Source of the DNA: a virus
Taxonomy: Duplodnaviria; Caudoviricetes
IMG/VR virus record: IMGVR_UViG_3300015050_001523
Location: 258,519 to 322,518 of that record
DNA length: 64,000 nucleotides
Direction: 5' to 3' (one strand)
Shown here: one piece after another, positions 1 to 10,422 of the stretch
Numbering within the stretch: the stretch's first letter is position 1
How the letters are laid out: the number at the start of each line of letters is the position of its first letter
Notes under the pieces: generated by a model
What the model was told of the DNA's origin: nothing
Databases searched by the model: none
What the model saw: only the letters and a program-made list of their open reading frames with translations
Translations under genes and position numbers: made by a program

Positions 1-1
1 C

Positions 2-2191
2 AATGTTGAGTCTTTTTTTAGAGATATGTCTCTTGAAGAAATAAAAAAATGGGGGGATCTTCCATCAATAAAACAAGATAAAAGTTTAAATCAAAATACA
101 ATAACAAATTTAAATGATGCTCTTGCATTTTTAAATGCAAGCCCAGAAGACATTGAGAATCAAAATAATGATGATTTATCAAAATCTCTAACAACAGATT
201 CTATTACTGGTTATACAGTCCTTGCATTATTGGTTCAAACTATTATAAATAAAATGAAGCTAAAAGGAGATATCAATTTCTCAGGGAAACCTGTTATTCT
301 TAATATGTTATTTACTCATTTAATTTCAACTAAAAATTTAGTTTTCTTAAATAGAATAGTTGATTTTATTTCAAATATTGCTAAAACTTCACAAAACTTT
401 GTTGAAAATGGCAAAACAAGATTTAATAGATTGAGCTATACAACAATTGCAGCAATTTCTTTTGAAGCATTTTTTGCTTATTTAGAACCCTTGCTTGATG
501 GAATATCTTCCCCAAATGCGAATGATGAACTGGTAACATTTACAATTGATATTGATTCATTAAAAAATTCTAAAAATATTGTTGAAACAATATTGAGCAA
601 TTTTAATTTGGCATCAAAGCCTTCTAATTCGAAACAAGTATCGCAATTTAAGTCCTTGAAGCAGGGAAATGCTTTAAATTCTCCAATTAATAATTTAGGT
701 TCAAAACTTCGAAAGGAAGAAGAAATAGTAAATCAAATTATATTAAGATTAAAAAGAACATTTAATTTGGTTGAAAATGCAACATCTGATGCTGTTGATT
801 ATTTTAGAACTGATAGTAAAAATTATGAATCTTTAAAGAAACTTGTTGAAGAACAAGGAGGAAAAGAAAGAATTGCCCTTATAGACGAAGCTCAATTTAT
901 TTTATCAAGAAAGGCACAATCTGATTTTTATGATGGTGATGGAATAAATCTTGCAACAAAGGGAACATTAACATTTAGAGGTGGTGCTGATTCGAAAAAA
1001 CGGGCCGATAATACTACAATTAAAAGAACAAGGATGAAAAAGATCCAATCTCCTATTTTTATAGATGGCTCTATTATTTCATCAAATGAAAAAAAATTAA
1101 TGGAAATTATTTTAAATAATCCAAAATTTAAAGGAAGTAGATCAGAGAATTTAAAAATTCTAACTGTAGGAATCCCGGCTGGCTTTAGCAATTCATTTTC
1201 TTCTGAAGTCTCTATAACAGAAGAAAATGCAAATAAAATATTAAATAAACAATCAGATGTAATTTCAATTAATGTTTATAAAAGAAGTATAGAATTTGAA
1301 GATATTGTTTTTAAACCGCAATCTTTTATTTTTGAACTTTCAAGATTTGTTACAAGGCCAAAAATAAATAAAAATAAAATAGTTTCAACAAATTATGTTG
1401 AATTTTTAAATAATCAAAGTATTTCATTGACAAGAGATTTTTCTGCATTTGGAGAAGATGAAAATCAAAATAAAGAAGACTTTTTTGAAAACAAAGAATA
1501 TAGTTTTTTGACAAAGTCTCAAAAAGAAAATTTGGCAATTAATCATGTAGAAAGTTTTATTCTTGGAATGTATTTACGTTTATTGATTGGTATTTCTACA
1601 GATGAGAACGACTTTTTGGTAAATGATGAATTATTTGAAGGAATGATAGATCCTGACTCTAAGTCAAAATTTAATGATTTGATTTTAACGTATGTAAAAG
1701 GAGTAACTCAACAACCAATTACTTTAGAACAATTAAAGCAATCATCTCCACAAATTAGCGCACTTTTAGGAAAAATTGAAACACTTTCATTAAATACATC
1801 ATTTGCAGAACAAGTAAATCCACCAATATTACCAGGGGTTTCAATATCAAAAAGAATTGAATTAACAGAAGATATAATTAATTTTGTAAAATTGTATAGT
1901 CCAAAATCTTTATTGACAGGCGGAAAAACTCATGCATTAAGAATAACTTCTCCAAAAATATTTGAAAGAATATATAATATTGCTGTAGATCCTGATGATT
2001 TTGAAATTGATTTTGATAAAACTCTTGAAACAGTATCTGGAAAGGCTATGTATGTGGTTCTTGAAAAAAAGGGAATGCTTATAAAATCAAAAGATGGAAA
2101 AATTAAAATTAAAGAAAGAAATAAAAATAATACGATTTCATTAGATCAATTTTTTATTAATATATCAACTATGCAATCTGTAGAGGAGTAA
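2..2191 (+). CDS. Large hypothetical virion/baseplate-region protein, 5'-truncated by the window edge
   Basis: The frame is open from position 2 (AAT GTT GAG TCT TTT TTT AGA GAT) into the ATG at 26, so the true start is probably upstream. It is tightly coupled to the downstream structural genes. No diagnostic motif. Confidence 0.6.
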   Translation, partial: NVESFFRDMSLEEIKKWGDLPSIKQDKSLNQNTITNLNDALAFLNASPEDIENQNNDDLSKSLTTDSITGYTVLALLVQTIINKMKLKGDINFSGKPVILNMLFTHLISTKNLVFLNRIVDFISNIAKTSQNFVENGKTRFNRLSYTTIAAISFEAFFAYLEPLLDGISSPNANDELVTFTIDIDSLKNSKNIVETILSNFNLASKPSNSKQVSQFKSLKQGNALNSPINNLGSKLRKEEEIVNQIILRLKRTFNLVENATSDAVDYFRTDSKNYESLKKLVEEQGGKERIALIDEAQFILSRKAQSDFYDGDGINLATKGTLTFRGGADSKKRADNTTIKRTRMKKIQSPIFIDGSIISSNEKKLMEIILNNPKFKGSRSENLKILTVGIPAGFSNSFSSEVSITEENANKILNKQSDVISINVYKRSIEFEDIVFKPQSFIFELSRFVTRPKINKNKIVSTNYVEFLNNQSISLTRDFSAFGEDENQNKEDFFENKEYSFLTKSQKENLAINHVESFILGMYLRLLIGISTDENDFLVNDELFEGMIDPDSKSKFNDLILTYVKGVTQQPITLEQLKQSSPQISALLGKIETLSLNTSFAEQVNPPILPGVSISKRIELTEDIINFVKLYSPKSLLTGGKTHALRITSPKIFERIYNIAVDPDDFEIDFDKTLETVSGKAMYVVLEKKGMLIKSKDGKIKIKERNKNNTISLDQFFINISTMQSVEE

Positions 2192-2194
2192 TAA

Positions 2195-4156
2195 ATGTCA
2201 TCAGTATCTTTTCCATCAAAACCATCTTTAGTGGCTGATACCCCTGAAGTACAAAAATTTTCTGGTGTCTTTGTTTATAATTTTTTCACTCCAGACGAAA
2301 GAATAAATGATCAAGGAACAACTCCTGATAACATCATTAAGAAAGGATCAAAATCCTTTGACAAAGGAACAACCAATACATTAAGTAAAGTACCTCGATT
2401 TGTTCGTTTATCTTGGGGACAAGTAAAAATAATAGAACCAGAATTTAATTTATCTCCATTAGTGAATATTGGATCTTCTGGGCTTTCTGTTGAAAATCAA
2501 AATTTTATTAAAAAGAATTATTCTAAAGTTCTTAGAGAGGAGAGCTTTGGGAATTATGGATTTTCAGGTATAGAATTTCAAGATACTGCAATTGATGGAA
2601 AATTGCATTTATTAGTAAGTGGTACAGTTGCAAAATTTATAAATTCAAACAATGTGCGACTTGCAAATACAGTCAATGATCAATTAGAATTTATTTCACA
2701 AAAAATTGATACAAATAATGTTTCTTTATTAGATGTTAGTAAATTTCTTTCAAAAGATCTAAGTAAAGAAAATCTTTCAAATCAATTAATTATTGATTCT
2801 TTAACAAACTTAAGATCGGCTGGTGCTCGTTTTTATACAGAAGATCAACAAAAAGAATTGATTGAGAAGAAATTTGAAGCACTTAAAAATGTAAAAACTC
2901 GTTCTAGAATTAATAATAAATTTATTAAAACATTTTTAACTTCTATTGCAAATGATTCTTTAGGGTTTTTTGCAGATGAAGTTGGTCCATTGCTTTTGGA
3001 TGCCGATGAAATTCAGACAGAAATGGTACAAAGCACTAATCCTGACTCTATTGAAGAAGCAGAATATGATATTTTTGTTGATCCAATTTCACTAAGGTCT
3101 GCTCCTAAAGATTCTACATTTTTACCAACAAGAAAGCATATTGGTTATATAATTGATAAATATCAAAAAAGTTCAAATGGTTCGATAACAGAACTTGAGC
3201 CGATTATTGTAGAAAATGCAGAAACAACATCTACATTAGATTCTCGTATAGCATATGGAACTTCATATATTTATCAAATTAGGGCAATATATTTATTAGA
3301 GTTTCAAAGCTTTTCTGACGATGATGACCAAATGGCCATATCTACTGTTTTAATTAGCTCTGCGGCATCACAAAGAGTCATTGTAAATGCCGAGGAAGTA
3401 GTCCCTCCTCCTCCTCCTGCTGATATAAATATCTTTTGGGACTATTCTGAGCAAAGTCCATGCATCTCTTGGAGCTTCCCAGTGAATCCACAAAGGGATA
3501 TTAAAAGATGGCAAGTTTTTAGAAGAAAGACTGTTGATGAGGCTTTTGAATTATTGGTAGAAATCGATTTTGATGATAGTGCAGTAATAACTCAAAATTT
3601 TGAAAAAGTAAATATTAATTTAAAAACTAGACTAACAAGTCCTCAAAATTTTTGGATTGATGAAGACTTTAAAAAAGATGATAAATTTATTTATACTGTT
3701 GGAAGTGTAGATGCTCATGGAATGAGTTCTAATTATGGAATGCAATTTGAAATAAAATTCAATAGATATAATAATAATATTGAAAAAAAGCTTATATCCG
3801 GTTCTGGTGCTCCAAAGCCTTATCCTAATATGTTTTTAAATACTGATACATTTGTTGATGTAATGAAGGATAGTAATCATAAAAAAATGAAAATTTATTT
3901 TGATCCTGAATATTTAGAAGTAGTTAAGAATGGCTCAAAGTCTGAATCTGTAATCAAGGTTTCAAATAACGGTGCAAGTTATAAAATGCAAATGATAAAT
4001 GTAGACTTCCAGCAATCTCAAATACTTGATATCGGTATAGATGATTTTAGAACTATAAAAAAAGACTCTGATTCACCAGGTGGAATTGGAGATTCTAAAA
4101 TTTTAGGATATAAGGTATATATTGAAAACGATTCTAATGATATAGTTAAAGGATAA
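2195..4156 (+). CDS. Putative virion structural protein with fibronectin type III-like repeats
   Basis: 653 aa. FN3-like patterns: YIYQIRAIY, PPPPPADINIFW..SPCISWSFP..IKRWQVFRR, FIYTVGSVDAHG. Lies within the structural cluster. Confidence 0.55.
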   Translation: MSSVSFPSKPSLVADTPEVQKFSGVFVYNFFTPDERINDQGTTPDNIIKKGSKSFDKGTTNTLSKVPRFVRLSWGQVKIIEPEFNLSPLVNIGSSGLSVENQNFIKKNYSKVLREESFGNYGFSGIEFQDTAIDGKLHLLVSGTVAKFINSNNVRLANTVNDQLEFISQKIDTNNVSLLDVSKFLSKDLSKENLSNQLIIDSLTNLRSAGARFYTEDQQKELIEKKFEALKNVKTRSRINNKFIKTFLTSIANDSLGFFADEVGPLLLDADEIQTEMVQSTNPDSIEEAEYDIFVDPISLRSAPKDSTFLPTRKHIGYIIDKYQKSSNGSITELEPIIVENAETTSTLDSRIAYGTSYIYQIRAIYLLEFQSFSDDDDQMAISTVLISSAASQRVIVNAEEVVPPPPPADINIFWDYSEQSPCISWSFPVNPQRDIKRWQVFRRKTVDEAFELLVEIDFDDSAVITQNFEKVNINLKTRLTSPQNFWIDEDFKKDDKFIYTVGSVDAHGMSSNYGMQFEIKFNRYNNNIEKKLISGSGAPKPYPNMFLNTDTFVDVMKDSNHKKMKIYFDPEYLEVVKNGSKSESVIKVSNNGASYKMQMINVDFQQSQILDIGIDDFRTIKKDSDSPGGIGDSKILGYKVYIENDSNDIVKG

Positions 4157-4160
4157 TAAT

Positions 4161-4868
4161 ATGGGTTTTTTAGATCATACAACAAATAATATCATACTTG
4201 ATGCGGTGCTAACCGATAGTGGCCGGCAAGCACTGGCCAGAAATGATGGCTCATTTTCATTTGTAAAATTTGCTTTTGGCGATGATGAAGTCGATTATTC
4301 AATTATTCCAAAGTTTGGAAGAGTTGTTGGAAAAGAAAAAATTGAAAAAAATACTCCTGTATTTGAAGGACTTACAAACCAAAATTTTTCTCAAAAAGCT
4401 AGAATGGTCAGCATCTCCAATCCAAATTTGGTTAGATTACCAACTCTTGGAATAACAGGAGAAAATTTGGCTAATGATATTGTTTCTCTTGGTGCAACTC
4501 TTACAAAATCTTCAACCATAACAGTTTCTCAAACAATCCAAAATGAAGATAATATTGATGCTGAATTGAGGGATCAGGGATTTGAGGTTTCATTAAATAA
4601 TGAATTTTTGCAAATTCAAGGGCAAGTTCCTGACATTATAGATGGAACAAGAACTGCGACTTATATATTAAGACGAGATCCAACAGAAACTTCTGTTGGA
4701 GGTTCTAGACTAACTCTAACGCTTGTTGTTAGCTCAATCTCAAATGCAGAATTTACAGTGTTCGGAACTGCAAATAATAAAAATCTAATTAGAACATTTA
4801 TTAAAATAAAAGGTGTTCAAAGTGGAGCAGTAAAAGAAATTGAAGTTCAAATCAATAAAACAACATAA
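4161..4868 (+). CDS. Baseplate/tail-fibre attachment protein (N-terminus like tail-collar fibre domain)
   Basis: ILDAVLTDSGRQALARNDGSFSFVKFAFGDD resembles the LTxxGxxxLA...FAxGDG start of phage tail-collar/fibre-attachment domains. Confidence 0.55.
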   Translation: MGFLDHTTNNIILDAVLTDSGRQALARNDGSFSFVKFAFGDDEVDYSIIPKFGRVVGKEKIEKNTPVFEGLTNQNFSQKARMVSISNPNLVRLPTLGITGENLANDIVSLGATLTKSSTITVSQTIQNEDNIDAELRDQGFEVSLNNEFLQIQGQVPDIIDGTRTATYILRRDPTETSVGGSRLTLTLVVSSISNAEFTVFGTANNKNLIRTFIKIKGVQSGAVKEIEVQINKTT

Positions 4869-4879
4869 GGAAACGATAA

Positions 4880-6118
4880 ATGGCAGTTTTTAAAGAATTA
4901 ACACCTAACGACATTAAAACGGCTAGATCGTTTTTGAATCAGCTTATTGACATTACTCAAGAAGACATAAGTGGAAGCATAACAAGGCAGAGATATGAGG
5001 CATTTGTAACCGGCGGAGTAGGTCCTGGGGTTACATCTTCCTTATTTCAAACGGTCCACGATCAAGATCTGTCTCTTTCTACGGCAAATGAAGTCTTAGA
5101 TATGACAATTGGTCTATATTTTTCTGGCTCGACTGTTCAAAATATAAAAACAGGAGAAGATTCTGCTGGCAAGCTTTTATTCCCATCTACATCATTGATG
5201 ATGAGAGAAAAGATAGATATTTACAAACAACATGCCTTGGTTTTGCTTGGTAACGTAAATGGACAATTTGCATCACCATTTGGCCAAACTGGAAATAGTT
5301 TAATCGATGAAGCACTATTTCTTGATTTTAAAAGATTGTTTTTCCGCGATGGAATAAAGCGTGAAACATTTGCAATGCAATTCTATGTAACATCTTCAAA
5401 TAATGGAGCTGTTGCATCTGCTAGCATGGCTCCAAATCTTAAAAGGACTTCTGAATATGGAATAAAGATATTTACAGATGCAGGAGCCGCCGCCAATCAA
5501 GAAGTTTCTTTTGGAGGAAAGGTCTCTAATATTGTAGATTCTACAGATACTACAAATAATGTTGGACTTCTTTTTAATGACCAAGGAATTGTTGTTTTAG
5601 ATCTTTCAAAAGTAATTGCTGGAGGAGAATTTGTTACTGGAGTTATTTCTGCAATGAGCCCAGCAGCAATCCCTGGGAATACTGATACTGCTGCCGGAAC
5701 TACTCTAATTGGAGATTTAACAAAGAGTGGAAATCCAAATGCAACTTTTATCCCAGATTTTATGACATCTGGTTCAATTGATAATATTATTGACCATATT
5801 GCATCTACAAGATTTAGCTCTGGTTCTTTGACTTCGGTAACATTTCAAAATCAAACAATTATTAATTCAACTCTTGTATTTGCTCGGGCAACAGCAGATG
5901 AGTTTAATTACAGTTCAAATTCTACATTTGTAGATAGCGATAATAGAATTGTGGTAATTGATGAAGGACAAGAAGATGTTCAGCAAACATTTACATTTAT
6001 AACTTCTGTTGGATTGTATGATTCAAATAATAAGTTATTGGCCGTTGCAAAATTGTCACGTCCAGTTGAAAAAAATCCTGAAAAAGATATTAGCTTTAGA
6101 ATTAGATTAGATTTCTAA
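4880..6118 (+). CDS. Baseplate/tail-fibre attachment protein
   Basis: C-terminus TFITSVGLYDSNNKLLAVAKLSRPVEK..ISFRIRLDF resembles the GLxDxxxxLxAxAxxP end of tail-collar-type domains. SD-like AGGA upstream. Confidence 0.6.
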   Translation: MAVFKELTPNDIKTARSFLNQLIDITQEDISGSITRQRYEAFVTGGVGPGVTSSLFQTVHDQDLSLSTANEVLDMTIGLYFSGSTVQNIKTGEDSAGKLLFPSTSLMMREKIDIYKQHALVLLGNVNGQFASPFGQTGNSLIDEALFLDFKRLFFRDGIKRETFAMQFYVTSSNNGAVASASMAPNLKRTSEYGIKIFTDAGAAANQEVSFGGKVSNIVDSTDTTNNVGLLFNDQGIVVLDLSKVIAGGEFVTGVISAMSPAAIPGNTDTAAGTTLIGDLTKSGNPNATFIPDFMTSGSIDNIIDHIASTRFSSGSLTSVTFQNQTIINSTLVFARATADEFNYSSNSTFVDSDNRIVVIDEGQEDVQQTFTFITSVGLYDSNNKLLAVAKLSRPVEKNPEKDISFRIRLDF

Positions 6119-6128
6119 TGAGGAATAA

Positions 6129-6563
6129 ATGAATCTAAATAATATACTTAATAAAATAAAAAAAACAATTAATGATGAAAAATTAGATAATTGTTATAAA
6201 ACATGGAAGCCGTCTTCGTCGTCATCTTCATTAGTTCATTCTATAGCAAGAAATTCGTATTCTAATGAAATTGAATTGCATTTTGGTTATTTTTCTATTT
6301 TTGTGAATAATATAAGTTACAATTATGAATACGATGATTTTGGAAATTTTTCTCGATGTAAAATTGTAGCAACTGGAAAACATACTAACATATTAGATAT
6401 TTCTAGTCATATTGGAGAGTTTTGCAATATAGCCATAAGAAAACATAATACAATATTGAAAAATGCAGCAATTATATCTTATTCTGATAGATCTTGTACT
6501 GACGAATCTTTTCTTACCGAATTTGAGATTGAACTATTTGCTGAAGAGATAATACGATTGTAA
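6129..6563 (+). CDS. Hypothetical protein
   Basis: 144-aa ORF with GAGGA upstream, filling the gap between two structural genes. No motif recognised. Confidence 0.55.
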   Translation: MNLNNILNKIKKTINDEKLDNCYKTWKPSSSSSSLVHSIARNSYSNEIELHFGYFSIFVNNISYNYEYDDFGNFSRCKIVATGKHTNILDISSHIGEFCNIAIRKHNTILKNAAIISYSDRSCTDESFLTEFEIELFAEEIIRL

Positions 6564-6567
6564 TAAA

Positions 6568-8949
6568 ATGTCACTTATTAAAATAACTGAAGACGATGTT
6601 GAAACATTTACAATCGTTACAAATCCGAAAAAGACTTATTCAAGTAGTTCAATTGATGGGATTAATGGAGAAATAAGTCTTTTTGCGCGTCGTTCTTCAA
6701 TTGAAAAAGAGGCAAGGCCACTTTTACAGTCTGGTGTTCAAGTATTTAATGAAGAAAGTATTGAATCACTTCGTTTGAAGATTGTTGAAAAGGCGAAGAA
6801 TTCTACAAACGTTTCTTCTGAAGTTAGCTATTATATTGCTGGTGTAAACTCAGAATTATCTTCTTCTAAAAAACATAAAAAACTTAATATTTTTAGATTT
6901 GAGCCATCATTTGAATTTACTGATGACACTTTAAAAAAGAGAGCCATTCAAGAACTTTATCCATATTATAGAAATCAGTACCCCGATGCTCAATGGGCAT
7001 ATACAAATTACCATTGCTTAAATTTTTTCACAGCTTCAGGAATACCGGAAGATTCTGTTCTTCTTTATCCAAATTCTTCATCTATTGCATCTTTATCTTC
7101 TGTTTCTGGAAGTTATTCCTTGTCTGATGCCTTTACATTTGAATTTTATATAAATCCAAAATATACAACAGATGGACCTACAAATCACTTTAAGGCTGGA
7201 ACAATATTCCATCTTTCTTCTTCTTATGCCATTTCTCTTGTAAGTGGTTCTTCAAAAGACTCAAAAGGATTTGTTGATAAATATAAAATATTACTTCAGC
7301 TAAGCCATTCCGCAGACATTTCTCCGTCTTTGGCAACCGCAGGTACTTATCCAAGAGATCTGATTTTCGAAACAAATGACAATGTTTTAAATAGAAATAA
7401 TTGGCATCATGTAGCTATTAGGTGGGGAACAAATAAAATAAATCAAGGTAGTGGTTCATTTTTTGTTGATGGGGTAGAAGCTGGTACTTTTGTGGTTCCG
7501 TCTTCATCTATCGCGCCTGCTCCTTATTCGCTTCCAAAAGGGAATCCTGATGTTCTTTGTATCGGAAATTTTTACGAAGGAATAAATACTGGTTCTGCTG
7601 CACAGTCTATATTTTTTAATACTGAACCTGCCACGCGTGATGGACTAGTCAACTTAGCCCCAGGATTCAATCAGCATCAACCTTCTCAATTTTCATTTAC
7701 GCATCCCCTAAATGCAGAAATTCATGATCTTAGAATTTATAATTCTTTTAGACTAACATCAAATATAGACTATGATCGAACTAATGGCCCATCAAGTCTT
7801 TCAGGATTAGTATTTTATCTTGGCCCTTTTTTTACACGAGAAAGCCCAATAAGGACAGTACTAAATCAACAAGGTGGAGTTTTGCAGACTCCATTTTTTG
7901 GAATTGACGGAACAACAGATGATCCATTTAATGTTGCAATGAGTTTTGGTGTTGGTGGCCATTATATGAATCTCGAAAACTTTCTTCGAGATTTAGTAAC
8001 AGAAAATTATCCAAGACAATATCAGTTAACAGGTTCTCAAATTTTAGACACTATAAGCCCTGTCCCTGCTAATGAATCATTGTATTTGACAGGCTCTATT
8101 AAAAAAAGAAATGTAACAATTCTTCCTTGTGACAATGGGCTTTTTATTCCAAATTTTGATCTATTAAAAAGTGGCACAATATCAAATGTCCCATCAAATG
8201 GCTCTGCAATGGATAAATTTGTAAATGATCTTGGACATCTTGATCTTACTTTAATATCTTTGAGAAATCTTGTTTCAACATCAAGTTTGCGACTTGGATT
8301 TGTTCCGCAATCAGGTTCTATGTTTGATGCAATCGCCGGAGCAACACCTGAAGATCCTGGAGTTGATCCAGGAGAAGTTTTGACAATTTACCAAAGAACA
8401 AGAGACAATTCTTCAAATGAAGTTTCATTTTTTGAAATAAGTAATATTTTCTTTGGAAATAGAATAAACCCAGAAAGCTTTAAGATAACTGATTCTAAAA
8501 TTTCAGGAAGTGGAGATAAAGTTTCGATTACTTTAAGAGATAATGGGTATGGAAGCATTTATCGTGCAGACTCAATAACGGAACATGCAAAGTGGAATAG
8601 TGTTGGAAATATATTCTATAATGAAGGGATTGCTGTAATTAAATCTCCAAATATTCCATTTTTTGGAAAAGAACAGTTTTCTATGGAATTTCAAGGAGAA
8701 CAAACAATTCATGTTCTTATGCTTTCTGCCGAAGCTGCTTCTGGACTTGTTAATTCTTCTAGTCATCCAAATTTCATTCCAGTTTCTGCATCTTTAAATG
8801 TAAATGAGAATGATACTAGTTTTGTATACATTACAAATATTGATTGGCTTGATGATAATTTAAATGTAGTTATGAAAACAAATCTTGCCCAACCCATAAA
8901 AAAAAGAAATTCAGATAAGCTTTTAGTAAAGGCAAAGATGGATTGGTAA
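6568..8949 (+). CDS. LamG/concanavalin A-like domain virion protein (baseplate/receptor-binding)
   Basis: LamG motifs FTFEFYINP, NNWHHVAIRW, FFVDGVE, AEIHDLRIYN. C-terminus (VYITNIDWLDDNLNVVMKTNLAQPIKK..KMDW) is paralogous to that of 4880-6118. Confidence 0.7.
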   Translation: MSLIKITEDDVETFTIVTNPKKTYSSSSIDGINGEISLFARRSSIEKEARPLLQSGVQVFNEESIESLRLKIVEKAKNSTNVSSEVSYYIAGVNSELSSSKKHKKLNIFRFEPSFEFTDDTLKKRAIQELYPYYRNQYPDAQWAYTNYHCLNFFTASGIPEDSVLLYPNSSSIASLSSVSGSYSLSDAFTFEFYINPKYTTDGPTNHFKAGTIFHLSSSYAISLVSGSSKDSKGFVDKYKILLQLSHSADISPSLATAGTYPRDLIFETNDNVLNRNNWHHVAIRWGTNKINQGSGSFFVDGVEAGTFVVPSSSIAPAPYSLPKGNPDVLCIGNFYEGINTGSAAQSIFFNTEPATRDGLVNLAPGFNQHQPSQFSFTHPLNAEIHDLRIYNSFRLTSNIDYDRTNGPSSLSGLVFYLGPFFTRESPIRTVLNQQGGVLQTPFFGIDGTTDDPFNVAMSFGVGGHYMNLENFLRDLVTENYPRQYQLTGSQILDTISPVPANESLYLTGSIKKRNVTILPCDNGLFIPNFDLLKSGTISNVPSNGSAMDKFVNDLGHLDLTLISLRNLVSTSSLRLGFVPQSGSMFDAIAGATPEDPGVDPGEVLTIYQRTRDNSSNEVSFFEISNIFFGNRINPESFKITDSKISGSGDKVSITLRDNGYGSIYRADSITEHAKWNSVGNIFYNEGIAVIKSPNIPFFGKEQFSMEFQGEQTIHVLMLSAEAASGLVNSSSHPNFIPVSASLNVNENDTSFVYITNIDWLDDNLNVVMKTNLAQPIKKRNSDKLLVKAKMDW

Positions 8950-8991
8950 ATTTTATATTTATTCTTATTTGTTCCACTAATTAAGTACATA

Positions 8992-9810
8992 ATGAATGAT
9001 CAATGGCTAAAAACTCTTTTAAATGAAGAGAAAGAAGAAATAGAAAATAAAACTGAAGATCAAGATTCTTTAGAAAACTATGCCCTTTATATTGATGCAG
9101 GGCGGCATAGTTCTGATTATATTTTGTATAAGCCAAAATATTATGCACAAAAAATGAAAGAAGAAATTGATAACGCAAAAAAAGAATTTGAAAAAATTAG
9201 ATTTAAAGGAAATCAATTTAGTAAATTTAAAGATTTTTATGCATTTTCAAATGTAAAAGACATTTTTAAGGATCCGAATGGAGTTTATGGGTTTGTCTCT
9301 GTAAACAATGGTAGAATTATTGGACTAAGAGGAAGTTGTAATCGCGCAAATGAGATTCGCTCTATTTCTGCAAGAGAAGGCTTTGGGCGACTAATGTTCA
9401 TGATTGCACTTGCAAAAGAAAGCCCGATTATGTCAAATAGAGAAGATGTTTCTGTAAATGCTTATGATTATTTGACAAAGTTTACAAATAATCAAAATAT
9501 AACAATAGAACCATTTGAAAATGAAAAAAGACTTGCAAAAAAAGATAATGAAGATTGCAAAGTTTTTGGAAGCAAAATTCTTGACCAAAGCTACAAAAGC
9601 GCTGCTGATATTGATATAGAGGCCCAGCCTCTTTTAAATCGTCATAAAGTTTTTCTTCATCAAATGAAAAATTATTTTACAAATAATGGAGTTGATTTTA
9701 TTTTATCAAGAATAAAGCAATATATTTCAGATGCTGGAACTTATTTTTTTGATGAACAACGTGGAGAGCCTGGATGGTATGAGAGCTATACTCATGACGA
9801 GGAAGAATAA
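8992..9810 (+). CDS. Hypothetical protein, possible GNAT-like fold
   Basis: EIRSISAREGFGRLMFMIAL..MSNREDVSVNAYDY resembles GNAT motif A (xxGxGxxL) and the following strand. N-terminal LLNE leader. Confidence 0.4.
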   Translation: MNDQWLKTLLNEEKEEIENKTEDQDSLENYALYIDAGRHSSDYILYKPKYYAQKMKEEIDNAKKEFEKIRFKGNQFSKFKDFYAFSNVKDIFKDPNGVYGFVSVNNGRIIGLRGSCNRANEIRSISAREGFGRLMFMIALAKESPIMSNREDVSVNAYDYLTKFTNNQNITIEPFENEKRLAKKDNEDCKVFGSKILDQSYKSAADIDIEAQPLLNRHKVFLHQMKNYFTNNGVDFILSRIKQYISDAGTYFFDEQRGEPGWYESYTHDEEE

Positions 9811-10392
9811 ATGTCTTTATCAGTTATTTTAGGTTTAGACATTTCTACATCTATTACTGGTTTTTCAGTTATGAATGAAATAGATGGTTCTTTAGTTGAA
9901 CTTGGTCATTTTGACCTTTATAAAAATAAAGGCACAATGTGGGACAAGGTTGATGAAATGAAAAGACATATAATTGATCTTGGTAAAAAGTATACAATAA
10001 AACATGTTTTCATTGAAGAGCCTTTGTCAAAATTTTCAAGAGGAAGATCGTCATCAAATACAATCTCATTATTGATGAGATTTAATGGAATTTTGTCTTA
10101 TATTGTTCATGAATATCTAGGAATCACTCCTGCTTATTTTAGTCCATCTCAAGCTCGAAAGCTATGTGGGCTAAAAATGAGGAGCAAGGCCGCTTGTAAA
10201 AGAGACAAGGTACCCTGGAAGCCTCAAAAAGAACAAGCATTTGATCAGATGAATGCAAGAGCGCCATTTAATAAAACATATAATTGGCCATTAAAAAGAA
10301 CTGGAAGACTAAAGGACCATTGTTATGATGAAATGGACAGTTTTGTGGTTTGTATGGCTGGATATAAATCTCTTGTAAAAACAAAGATTTGA
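9811..10392 (+). CDS. ruvC: RuvC-like Holliday junction resolvase
   Basis: RNase H-fold catalytic motifs ILGLDISTSITG, VFIEEP and DEMDSFVV. Confidence 0.85.
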   Translation: MSLSVILGLDISTSITGFSVMNEIDGSLVELGHFDLYKNKGTMWDKVDEMKRHIIDLGKKYTIKHVFIEEPLSKFSRGRSSSNTISLLMRFNGILSYIVHEYLGITPAYFSPSQARKLCGLKMRSKAACKRDKVPWKPQKEQAFDQMNARAPFNKTYNWPLKRTGRLKDHCYDEMDSFVVCMAGYKSLVKTKI

Positions 10393-10422
10393 GTTTGTTA
10401 AATTCATAGGATATTTAACAGA

